Shown: piece after piece, positions 1 to 12,600 of the stretch | How the letters are laid out: the number at the start of each line of letters is the position of its first letter | How positions within the stretch are numbered: the first letter of the stretch is position 1 | DNA from: Bugula neritina | Lineage: Eukaryota; Animalia; Bryozoa | Length of the DNA: 64,000 nucleotides | Direction of reading: 5' to 3' | NCBI GenBank assembly: GCA_964035545.1 | Contig: OZ037770.1 | Coordinates: 8,624,973-8,688,972, forward strand | Translations under genes and position numbers: made by a program | Notes under the pieces: generated by a model | Databases searched by the model: none | What the model was told of the DNA's origin: nothing | What the model saw: the letters and a program-made list of their open reading frames with translations, nothing else

Positions 1-176
1 ATCAAATAAGTGTCATAATGACTCAGAACATTTGATCTGAGATTGTGTAAGATTACAAGAGTAATGATAGATGAAAGGATGCTAGTGCGCCACTGTACTT
101 TACAGCTTGTCGTAACTATAAAACTGAGGCTCTGTTTTATGAGTTAACAGGCTAATCGAGTTCTCAACTCTTGCAG

Positions 177-869
177 GCATGGATTTGTCACTGAGGAAGT
201 ACTATGAAGTGACTGACGTCTTAGCTAGTAAACGGATCCTGCTTATTATTCAGCCGTCTAAATACGAAGACCTGAGAATAAAAGATCCTAAAGGAAAGAC
301 GAGAGCCAAAATGTATGGGGAATATGACCAAGAAGGCAGAGGGGTCTGTATGCTTCATTATCACTATATGGTCACTGCTACTATGGTTACTGTCACTATG
401 ACGACCATAGCTATGGTTACTATTACTGTGGTAACTATCCCTATGATGACTATCGCTATGGTGACTATCCCTGTAGTGACTATCGCTATGGTGACTATCG
501 CTATGGTGACTATCGCTATGGTGACTATCGCTATGGTGACTATCGCTATGGTGACTATTCCTGTAGTGACTATCGCTATAGTGACTATCGCTATGGTGAC
601 TATTGCTATGGTGACTATCGCTATGCTGATGGCGTGTTCTTCGACTGATGGTTTTCAAGGTTCAAGTGTCAGTAACTTTCAGTTTTATTTTTGTTGAAAT
701 TCACTTTTTGCTAGAAAAAGTAAGCCTTGTTATTCCAACTGGTATTTCATGTTAGAATAATTTGTACTGACCAAAAAATACTTTATTTTAGGAACTGACT
801 ATAGAAAATAATATATATAAGATATTTTTGCGTCTAGGCACACACACAAACATAGCAGGTATATACTAG

Positions 870-939
<70 letters not shown>

Positions 940-3900
940 TGTGTGCGTGCGTGTGTGCGTTTGTTTATTGAACAATCTAGCATATATTAACTCTCCAATC
1001 TGCAGCAAACAGACTTATTCATAGACAAGAAATCTCCAATTGGTTGTATAAAGGATAATGTGGTTTATGATGACAGACTCTCTCCATTATATCTGTCTTT
1101 GGCGAAAACATCACTCTGTGTGGGAATTACAACTTCTTACAAGGTAAGCTGTTAGTTTAGGGTTGGTTCAGCAACTGTTGTAGTTCTCAATCTAATACAT
1201 TCAGCCTTGTAAAAGTTGTCTTTAACAGGCATATTTTCTCAAGTTTACACTACACCTGTTACAGATTAACTGGAGGTCATCCTTTGTTACATGACCTAAC
1301 TACTAATAATATATTAAAAAAATAGTTGAAAACAAGGCACTTACACCGTATTTACACATGTACAATCTTTATAATATTTTATGATGATGTTTTATCTTTA
1401 TAAAACTAGATTTACAAAACTTATGGTGTACTATGATTACTATGTAGATGGTACAACGCTGTGATGATTTTACATCACATACAACTACACAACTAGCACC
1501 AATTTAGGGTAAATTTTTAAAGTTTTTTAAAAAAACAAGCAGTTTACTGAAAGGTATTTTTATTTTTACCATAATATATTTAAGTTGAGATATGATTTGT
1601 TGGTGTGTAAACATCATTATAGCCTATATCTCAAACTATTTGATCACTCACTAACTTGTGATATCCAACAAGTGGCTGATTGTGTTCTAACTCTTACTAT
1701 ATCTAATTTATAATGCATACATAGTACAGTGTTGTGCAGCTTTAGACTTGACAAGTACAGCGGGTGTCAGCTATAGTTGTAAGACATTTATTAATCATAA
1801 ACTTTTCGTATGAAAATGCTCTACTTTTAGAGAATCCAGTTATTCAATAAGCCCTGATATAATAATTCACTTTTCATAAAAAAAGCTTGAAAGTTTCCAA
1901 TAATTATGATAATAGTATTTAGATTACAAAATGTAGAAATTTTGTATATAAATTATTTACCGTTTTGCGTTTAAAATATTTTAAGACTTATGTTTCATGA
2001 AACATAAGTCTTAAAATATTCTAAACGGTAAATAATTTATGCTAAGGCAAACAGCAAATTATATGTATTACTTTCTTGTGCAAAAAGAGGCTTCAAAGAT
2101 AGTTTCAACTATTCTTTTTACAGCTCACTTAGTAGTATTGGCATTATATGTTGGTATAGTTTGTACAGTTTGTGCTATAATTTGTAGCTATAGCTGTTTT
2201 ACATAAATTTTTTACTGAATGTACATCAGTCATGTAAAGTTAGATATTTCAATGTAATGCAAGTTTGTGTGTCCAGTTGGTGACTGAGAGTGAAAAGGTT
2301 CATGCAGGGAACATCGAGCCTATGGAAGAGACAGTCATGATGGCTGATTTCAACCCGAGTTTGAGCTGGCGGGGCAAAATGCTCATTATATGCTCAGCTT
2401 TCCATTATGTAAGTACTGCATAGCAACAGAGCTCCATTATGTAAGTACTGCATAGCAACAAAGTACTGTATAAGTACTGCATAGCAACAGAGTACTGTAT
2501 AAGTACTGCATAGCAACAGAGTTTCATTGTATAAGTACTGCATAGCATCAGAGTACTGTATAAGTACTGCATAGCAACAGAGTTTCATTGTATAAGTACT
2601 GCATAGCAACAGAGTACTGTATAAGTACTGCATAGCAACAGAGTTTCATTGTATAAGTACTGCATAGCAACAGAGTACTGTATAAGTACTGCATAGCAAC
2701 AGAGTTTCATTGTATAAGTACAACATAGCAACAAAGTTATATTGTATAGGTACTGCATAGCAACAGAGTTTCATTGTATAAGTACTGCATAGCAACAGAG
2801 TACTGTATAAGTACTGCATAGCAACAGAGTTTCATTGTATAAGTACAACATAGCAACAAAGTTATATTGTATAGGTACTGCATAGCAACAGAGTTTCATT
2901 GTATAAGTACTGCATAGCAACAGAGTTCCATTATGTAAGTATTGCATAGCAACAGAGTACTGTATATAACAACAATTAGTTTATTCATGTAACTATTATT
3001 ATGTAACAAAGAGGTTTTTATTAGGTAATTAATTATCTAGCAGCATAGCATTATGAATTAGAAATTTCTAAAAAGTAGTTTCTGACTTAAAATAATTTAC
3101 TCATGCTTGACTTGCAGACCTTGAATGTTGATTATTTTAGGGTATGACAAAGCATCTGTTAGGAATAACTAAAAGGTATGCGTTAGATATTTTATTATCT
3201 ATTATTTACTTTATTCCTGCTCTGCATGTTTAGCTACATAATAATCCCATACCTCATAAAGTGTATTCTGGAATATACCAGTGACAGGACTGAAAAGGCC
3301 GAAGCTGTAAAATTTGTATGAGTTTTCTTTACTTTAATGAAATGTAAAACTACTCAAAAACAGGTCAATATATTATTATTTACAACTTTGTTAAGTTGAA
3401 TTTGAGCCATATTTGAAAATATTGGGGTAGTGTGACATGCACTCCTGGTAACAAATATTATACATTGTCTGACGTTATACTAGTAAGTATAATGCAATAA
3501 TGTGTGGGTAATAATAATAATAATTTGTATTATTACCTGCTGATCAACAGAATTGTTGAGCCTGAGATGTTTGGACTGAGAGAAAGAAAGTCTAAGTACA
3601 TCTCAGAGAAGAACAGACTCATGAAGAAAAGCATTCAAGAAGAGAGGAAGCATTCACATTTGGCTGAAGCACTTCTGGACAAGGAGAAAATACAGGTATA
3701 CCTATAATATTTTATCTGTTGAGTAATGATATGGACTGCCAGGGAGGCAATTTCTACAGATTGTCCTTGTGTATTGTTCTCTTTGCTGGTTCTAGAATGT
3801 ACTCTGTCAACTCTGAGTCTTAGAGTTATTTTTGTAGTACAGATGCTATATATGTAAAATTATTTACAGATATTGTATTTACATTGTATTTACAGTGTAT

Positions 3901-6230
3901 TTGCAGAGTATTTACAGTGTATTTACAGTGTATTTACAGTGCATTTACAGGGTATTTACAGTGTACATATATACAGCGAATTTACATTGCATGTACAGTG
4001 TATTTACAGTGTATTTACAGTGTATTTACAGTGTAGATATATACAGTGTATTTACAGTGTATTTACAGTGTATTTATAGTGTATTTACAGTGTATTTACA
4101 GTGTACATATATACAGTGTAGTTACAGTGTAATTATAGTCTATTTACAGTGTATTTATAGTGTATTTACAGTGTATTTATAGTGCATTTACAGCTTTATA
4201 GGTCACTATACTTGTAAATTTTTGTAATAATATATACTGTACTTGAAAACTGCGCAAAATGTACTCATAGTATAATTATAGTATACTTGTAGTATAGGTC
4301 CTACTTACGTACAATGTACCTGCAGCATAGACACTTATATTGTATATATCATTTTTGCGAACTGGAACCTTGACTAAGGAAGTATACTGACAGTGTATTA
4401 TATAGAGTACATATATTGTGCACTTACACTGTACATATAATATACATACTATGTACTTACAGTATATACACTATGTACTTACAGTATACATACTATGTAC
4501 TTACAGTATACACACTATATACTTACAGTATACACACTATATACTTACAGTATATACACTATGTACTTACAGTATACACACTATGTACTTACAGTATACA
4601 CACTATGTATTTACAGTATACACACTATGTACTCACAGTATACACACTATGTACTTACAGTATATACACTATGTACTTACAGTATATACACTATGTACTT
4701 ACAGTATACATACTCGTATTATGTACTTACAGTGCACATGTATCACTTTTACAGACTAAAGCGTTAGCTAAAGAAGTGGAAGAACAGAACAAGCAGCTGT
4801 TCCTAGAGGCAAGAGAAAGAAGGAGAGATACAGAGGCTGAAGTTAGAAGAAGTAGTCTTGTTGAGCCGGTAGGCATATTCGAATGTGTCGATAAACTTAC
4901 ACTGTAATATGCAGTTTAATGCTGCATATTGTATACTGTATATATAATACAACTGATATACTGTATATATAATACCACTGATATACTGTATATCTAACAC
5001 AATTGATACTGTACATATAATACAACTGATACTGTATATATAATACAACTGATACTGTATATATAACACAATTGATACTGTACATATAATACAACTGATA
5101 CTGTAAATATAATACCACTGATATACTGTATATATAATACAATTGATACTGTACATATAATACAACTGATAATGTATATATAATACAACTGATACTGTAT
5201 ATATAATACCACTCATGGACTGTATATATAATACAACTGATACTGTATATATAATACAACTGATACTGTATATATAATACCACTCATATACTGTATATAT
5301 AATACCACTCATACACTGTATATATAATACCCCTCATATACTGTATATATAATACCACTCATATACTGTATATATAATACCACTCATATACTGTATATAT
5401 AATACCACTCATATACTGTATATATATAATATCTAGAGATTAGCTGTAGCCGTAACTGATGCAGCTCGACTGGCGTCTGACTCTATGGAAACTGATTTGG
5501 TAGAGAAACATTTCTCAGAAGCTCAGAAAACGAGGTTTGATTTTAAAATTTGCAATTATGTTTTATTGGGAAAGTTTTTGTAAATAATTTATGGGACTCT
5601 GGTGTAAGCAACCGTGATCTATTTGAAAAAGTTTCTGGTCTAAGGTTAATTAATAGAGTAAATAGTACCTCTATAGGAAAAGGTTCCGTCAAAGTTGTTC
5701 ATTACTACATTAAAAACCTTAGAGACATGTTACCAGCAGGAGTTAATGCAATGACGCTAGCCTACTTTAGGGCCTCCATCAGGGGTTTTTATAGCCTACT
5801 CTAAGAACTTCACTCTACTTTAGTAAAAGCATTACAGTCAAGCTGTTCTTCTACCTCAAGTCCAAGTTATTGTCTCCCTTGTTTATTTTGCTTAGCCTGT
5901 CCCATGCTATTTTGATAAGCACTGATGACTTTAAAAAAAATCAAAAATAATTATGCCTTAAGCTTTTAAAAATGTGGTTTGGTAGAGTTTATTTTCTAAG
6001 ATTTTTAAAAATATAAATCTTTGATTGTTTAAAAACTATTACAATAAATTTTTCTGACAGGCATTTTACCAATAATGGCATATGAAAATAAGTTTTCAAT
6101 GATAATATATTTTGTTATTGATATATTTTGTAGAGAAGACAATGGTGATAGAAGGCACACCTACGCGGTGGTAGACAAACCACCATATAATCTAACTCAC
6201 CCTATTTCCAAAAGTAACCCAACCCTTTAA
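177..6230 (+). CDS. Uncharacterised protein, probably 5'-partial, with a possible scramblase/tubby-C-like domain followed by a charged coiled-coil tail (307 aa from the ATG at 179)
   Basis: Eight phase-consistent GT-AG exons: 177-343, 1006-1143, 2277-2408, 3141-3175, 3551-3695, 4755-4868, 5437-5534, 6134-6230 (TAA). The segment MADFNPSLSWRGKMLIICSAFHY resembles the scramblase C-terminal motif (FP.DLD...K...LGA.F). AATAAA signals lie near 6467-6490. The family call is by eye only. Confidence 0.75.
368..625. repeat. 15-bp minisatellite (GTGACTATCGCTATG)n in an intron
   Basis: Tandem units start about 25 bp after the donor at 344 and explain the VTIAM/HSDSH ORFs. Confidence 0.95.
874..936. repeat. 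(TA)n microsatellite
   Basis: Direct read of the sequence. Confidence 0.95.
1948..2040. repeat. Spacerless palindrome: 46-bp perfect core with 18-bp outer arms
   Basis: AATATTTTAAGACTTATGTTTCA|TGAAACATAAGTCTTAAAATATT is centred at 1997/1998 and flanked by ATAAATTATTTACCGTTT ... AAACGGTAAATAATTTAT. Confidence 0.9.
2398..2965. repeat. 30-32-bp minisatellite derived from an exon/donor junction
   Basis: The unit is approximately TTCCATTATGTAAGTACTGCATAGCAACAGAG, about 18 copies. The first copy contains the real donor at 2409. Confidence 0.9.
3873..4192. repeat. 11-bp minisatellite (GTGTATTTACA)n
   Basis: Direct read; intronic. Confidence 0.9.
4440..4735. repeat. 22-bp minisatellite (TATGTACTTACAGTATACACAC)n next to the acceptor at 4754
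   Basis: Direct read; about 13 copies. Confidence 0.9.
4930..5430. repeat. 23-25-bp minisatellite (ATACTGTATATATAATACAACTGAT-like) filling most of an intron
   Basis: Direct read; ends at the acceptor at 5436. Confidence 0.9.
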
Positions 6231-6668
6231 GTTAAAATTATCTATTTATTCTCTTACAAAATCTGTCATTAGAGCTAAAAAGGATCAATGGCTATCAAAT
6301 ACACATTTAGACTTCTAGTGCCATGTGCTCTGTTCTCTTTAAAAAAAGATTGTTTAACACATCATGTGTTTGAGGTCAATATGACAGTTTGAGTGGCGAT
6401 GGTAAAGCTATTTTTTAGAAACTTTTCTCGCTGTCTCAGTTTATGATGTTATGTGTACAAACTGGTAATAAAATCGGAATAAAAATAAAACTAAAATAAG
6501 AAACTTTGTCACAAAATAATATGTATTTTATGTTTATTGCTCCAAATTTTCGAACCATGCGATTTTACATGCAAATGGCATGAGCTAGAACATTGGGTCT
6601 TTCCTTAAAAACAATACAAAGAATTGGTTCGGTACATAGTTTTTAATTGAAAGAGAAAAGTCTAAGTG

Positions 6669-9600
6669 TTATTTAAAGAAGACCATAACAAACACAGCTA
6701 CAGCAGCGATGACCACAGCCAGTAGGTTTACAATGCGGCGGTAAACAGGCTTTTCGTACAATGACTCATGTCTTTGTGCTGAAGCATCTTTATTAGCTGG
6801 CTGACTGCGATTGGCTACTCGGTGATCTATTCCACAAATCCATAGTACGACTTTCTTATACCAAACTACTCTAGTTTGCGCTGTCTCGGTGTCTACAAAA
6901 CACACATAAAAGTTACTTAGTCGGCTAATGGTGATTGTAAACATGCCAGCTGTTAGCAAATGGTAGATTTTATGATCCTGGATGTACACATAAAAACTAT
7001 TTTCTTTTTCACCAATAGCAAAATCTTTGCTTAAAATAAATCTAATAAAAAACACTTCAACAAAAACACAAAAAAAATAAAATGAGACAGTTGTATTGGT
7101 CCGTTACACTACCGTAATTCTGCTATAAACAGAAACAGTGTGAGAATGTATATTACTGGAAACATATTGAAATATGCAGCTACAATAAAAATGTTTTCAG
7201 TAAAACAATTTTGGAATGAAAGCTGTTTGAATCTAGACATATAGTCTGTAGGTAAAAAGCTATACAATTACATTAGCGTTTTTCTTACCTTCTTCTGACT
7301 GTTCATCCTCAGGGTTTTCTTCATTCTCTCCTTGAGCTGGAAGATTCACTCTTTCTTCTTTGTCAAAACGATTCCAGAATGTTAATCTGTGAAGCTACAA
7401 TAATACTTGGGATGCAGCTAAACATTGGCTTATATAATAGGTTACAGAGTTTAGCATGTTTGGATGTACACAAAATAAGCGTTTAATTAATTTGCATAAG
7501 TATAAAATCACATAGTGTGACGCCCTCATAAAAATCATGAGATGTATAAACTGCAGAGCATTGTCGCCTATAATAAAAAATATTCTATGTATTTGAGAAA
7601 AAAAGAGAGCAGCCTTGGTCTAAGGGTTAAAGTCTTGATTTAGTAAACACGAAATCGTAGGTTTGAACCTCAGTAAAGGCCATTGGTGATGTTAGGAAGA
7701 GCCATAATTGCTCTTGTGCCACATACAAATATAATCCTTAGCCTGCTTTAAAACGCCTTTTCCATCAAGAGTTCTCACAGAGATAGTGGCTATAGACGTA
7801 CGTGAGATTTTTTTTATGCATTTGAGAGAAAATAGCAATGAGGGTTTGTTTATTTAAATTAAGACCAATATAACAGCTCAAAGGCCTTGCCAGAAAGAGT
7901 GGTTAACTTACATGTTTAGGATTGATAGGCTTGGTGAGAAGAGAAATGACAACAGCAACTATTATACAGAGTACATAAACGAGAGCAGAGAAGTAAAGAA
8001 AGTGAAAGTCTTTGATGAATGAAGGTCTGGTATCTGGTCCCTCGCCACAACTTGGTTTGTCATAGCTGTACTCCAACACAAATCTAGTGATTCCAATAAC
8101 TCCACCAACAATCATACACCAGAACGCACCCTATTGGAATACACAGTAGCCAAATAAAAAACTAAAAACAGTAGAAATAGCTAAATACTAGTGTAAGATC
8201 ATCTTTTATTAATAATTTACATGCAAAATTACATAATTGTTATCATTTACCTTTTCTGTAATCCGAGATGTGAATAAAGCTAATGTGAAAGCAGCTATGA
8301 TTGGTGGTTGAAAGAATGAGCCGACTTGTACAGTGTACGTGAATATTTGAGAGCCGTGGTTGCCTTTGAGTAAAGGAACCCAAACTATACTCAGTCCAAC
8401 AAGTACCACTACAAACACTCTACAAGGAGTTCTTATATGTAGGCAACATATTTAATTTATATTAGAATTTATTATGAAACCAACATAGTCTAAAATCTTT
8501 ATTTTTCTGGAATATACTGACAACGGTTCTTGAGCTGAAAGAATATATACCTGAAGGAATATATACCTGAAGGAAAGTGAATCAACTAAGTAAGCTATGC
8601 AAACTAGGTCAACTAGGTCATCTAGGTCAACTAGGTCAACTAGGTTAACTAAGTCAGTTAAGTCAACTAGGTCAACTAAGTCAGCTAGATTAACTAGGTT
8701 AGCTAAGTCATCTAAGTCAAGTAGGTCAACTAGGTCAACTATAGGTCAACTTGATCAGCTATAAGGTTCAGCAAAGCCAGAAAGTGACAAAAAACTGCTG
8801 ACTCTTTTGCAGTCTCTCTGCATGTTTAGACAAGAAAGATGTGTTTAGATACTTGATATTAGACGAAACGTAAGAAGCCACTGTACTAGAATACTACCTA
8901 TTACACACTTTAGATGGTGGAGTTACCTTCCCACAATCATGAGCTCTCTACTACTGGCATTCTTACGAATCAGAGTCCAAATATCAAGCGTGAAGATGGT
9001 GCTGCTCGAGTTGAACACAGATGTGAGTGAAGACATCAATGCTGCTAGCATGACAGCCAGCATCAGACCTCTCAAACCTGTCAGCCAGTGGATATAGTGC
9101 GTTATATAATACTAGTATATAATATGTTCTACATATAAACATGTTTCACATAAATATATTATGTAAGTTTTGAATACAAGGCACGATATTTTAAAAACGT
9201 GTACGATTTAATTTTCAAGATTGCGATAAAATACTTTTCTTGTGTAGCTTATTGCATATATGGCCAACAAAGCAGATCGAAAATCTGATAAAACATCAAA
9301 AAATGCATGGCCAGAAGAAGTTGAAACCTAATTAAGCAAAACGTATTACTTATGAATATTTTAGACCTCACGCTTTTGATTTTATAAACAATAACACTTT
9401 CTGTTGCATTGTTATTCAGCTAGTTAATAGTTTGGATTTACCTGCAGGCATAAGATTTAGGACTAAAGCTGAGTAGGCTATGTTACTGCATCCGGCAGGC
9501 GAGTTGCAGACTTTAAGACAAGTCTCTGGGTCAGCACAGCCTACAGTCTCTGGAAATGATAGACAATAAATACTCTCATGTTTTGTCAGCTGGTCAGCAC

Positions 9601-12600
9601 CAATGACTATTGACTTTGCATTGTATAACCAATAATTAAGGGGCAGTTAATTTAAGTTATGGAAAATTTCAAGCACAAAAGGCACCAAAATGGTCTTTAG
9701 ATGCATACATTATGCAATGACAAATAATTTAAGCTGTATATAACTCAATATTGAGAAGTTTAAGTCATGAAATTATGAAGCCACACAAAATCCTCATTTT
9801 AATTTTATCATAACTTTGGCGAATTTAGTTTCAGTTTGCAGACGCATATACAAAACAAACAAATAAACCCACTACTCTTATAGTTTGTATTTTAATGTCC
9901 TTCACAATGCATCCTTGTAAGAAAATATTGTCATAAATAGTACCAAACTTACCAGGGTAGAGAACTCTAGCAATCATCCCAGGCATGACTAATAGGAAAA
10001 GAGGCAGCAACTTGAGTACAGCTGCCAGTAAGGTGCCTGCTTTAGCATGTGTTATATTCTTTGCTGCCAGTGCTCTTTGAACTATCACCTAAAAGCAAAT
10101 AAATGATGTGTTTTAATTTTTAAACTATAAAACACAATTAACTTTTAGTATAATGCTTTATGCAAAACTTCATTTTTACGATTTGATTCCAAATATGGTA
10201 CAATTTCTAACCACATGCAGGTTAGGTTATGTATTGCAAGTCATTATTTATAATATTCCCTGCACCAGCAGCAAAGTTTTTCTATAAAAACTTGTAGCAT
10301 CTAATCAAATTATACTCAAATTACACCAGACATTAAATTTAGCTACACAGATGACACTGGGTATTGACTTAAAACACTCACATACATTTAGGAGCAATAG
10401 TAGAGAAATTGACCTAGCCTAAGCTCTTTAATTATTTTTATTAAATTTTGGTTGGGGCGCGGATTGAAATTTCCACAAGAACACAACTTCTTTTGCTACA
10501 TTTTTAATCTAGAACACAAGCTTTTCTCAATTTCTCTATTTCTGCACCTACCTTCTGAACTATCCAAATGGTACTTGGCACTTACCTGGTCTGCACACCA
10601 GTACCAGAATGACTTGATGATGGCGCCAGTGAGCGCCCCAGGCCACGGCAAATCTGGGCTCAGAGGATCTCTGAAGATGTGAAACGCTTCATTCAAAGGC
10701 ATGTTACAAGTCTGGTTGGACAGGATTAGTGACTCTGGGATACTGCTGTGGTAAAGATCCAACAAACCTGTGTAACCACCAACTTCTATGAAGCCTGCAA
10801 TAAAATCACACATTCAAATTATTGTAGAAAAGAAGTATCTGCCATGCAAGAGCTTTTAAATGCCTTATTTTGGCAAATGATTTGAATTCAAAATGATTTT
10901 ATTACTAGGTCTGGCTGTATAGCTCTACACTTGTTAATATAATACTGCATTGAAAACAGCTATAGTAGCATACTGTCACTCATTAATTGTATTATATTAT
11001 CACCATGCATCACAGTGCATAGTACTAGTACAGAGTACTATAGTACTAGTAGACAGTAACAGTACCAGTGCTCAACACTAATATTAGCATGTGGTACTAC
11101 AACACTAGTACAAAATAGCGCAGTACTAGTACGCTGGGCTATATAGTAATAATATACAGTACACGGCGTACCTGGTGTTTTACTAATAATGATGACAATA
11201 TAACATTTGTGATGAAAAAACTGATGAGTATAAATCATAAAAAGACAATACTAAAACAAAACAACTTTGTGATGCAACACTTCTGAACACAATCTGAAAG
11301 CTATATGATATAGACAAGGACAATTTTCAATAAGTCAACTTTTCTACAATCAAATTGAAAGTTACTGCTAAAATCGTTGTATGACTATACATGACTATAC
11401 TATAAGGGTGTCTGGTAATAATGGCAGAAATAAAAATGGCACAGTGAAAATGACACAGTAAAATTGGCACAAGTAATAATGGCACGGATAATAATGGCAC
11501 AAATGGCAAAGTAGGTAAAAAGGCACATTTCAATATTGGGATGGGGGTTGAGGGAATGGAATGGGGAGTTTAGGTTTGGGGGTGAGGGGTTGAGTTTGGG
11601 GTTTGGTATAAGGGTTGGAAGTTTGGGTTTGGGGTTTAGAAAAATTTAACATCTGTGTGCCATTTTTACCTCTTTTTCATTTGTGCCATTATTACTTGTG
11701 CCACTATTACCCGTGCCATTATTACCTGTGCCATTTTTACAGTGCCATTTTTATCTTGCCACTTTTACCTAAAATCGACTTTGTGCATTACAATCACACA
11801 ACTTTTCAGTTACAGGTTTTAAAGCCTGTATATTTATAAGGTGCTTGTCTAAACTGAGTAGGTAACAAAAACAAATGCTAATATGCTATAGAAAATATAC
11901 CTACTTAAGACACACAGGAGGATGGCACCAGCCACCATCAGGATAGTCTGCACAAAGTCTGTCCAGATGACAGCAGTTAATCCTCCTGTAACAAACAAGG
12001 TTGGTTTAGCAAAGACTATTACTGCTTTGTGTAGCACTGCTCTGTGTAGCATTGCTTTGTGCAGCACTGCTCTGTATAGCACTGCTCTGTGTAGCACTGC
12101 TCTGTGTAGCACTGCTTTGTGTAGCACTGCTCTGTGCAGCACTGCTCTGTGAAGCACTGCTTTGTGTATAGCACTGCTCTGTGTAGCACTGCTCTGCGTA
12201 GCACTGCTATGTGTAGCACTGCTCTGCGTAGCACTGCTATGTGCAGCACTGCTCTGTGTTGCACTGCTATGTACTGAAATATTTGTGTCTATAGGAGACA
12301 CAAATTTATGTAAACTCATGTACTCTGAAAATGATGATGTGTCAGACATTGTTTGTTGCATTGCCAATAAAATCTTCTTATATCAAAGAAATGTATTAAA
12401 GTGAAAATTTTACACACTTTTGTTTTTTTCGTATAACAAATACCAGCTTAATAACATTTTAACTCCATCACTACACTTTACAATATCACAATATTATTTT
12501 ACTCTTATCGCATTAAAATTAATTGCATCATGATATTTTACTTTGATAGTACCGTATCACTATATTACTGTATTAAAAAGTTTCGTAATTGCTGCATTAT

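Noticed and set aside
221-5312. Long ORFs with periodic peptides (VTIAM, HSDSH, YSVFTVYLQC, MYLQYTHY and similar)
   Set aside because: They are translations of intronic minisatellites; phase-consistent exons splice around them.
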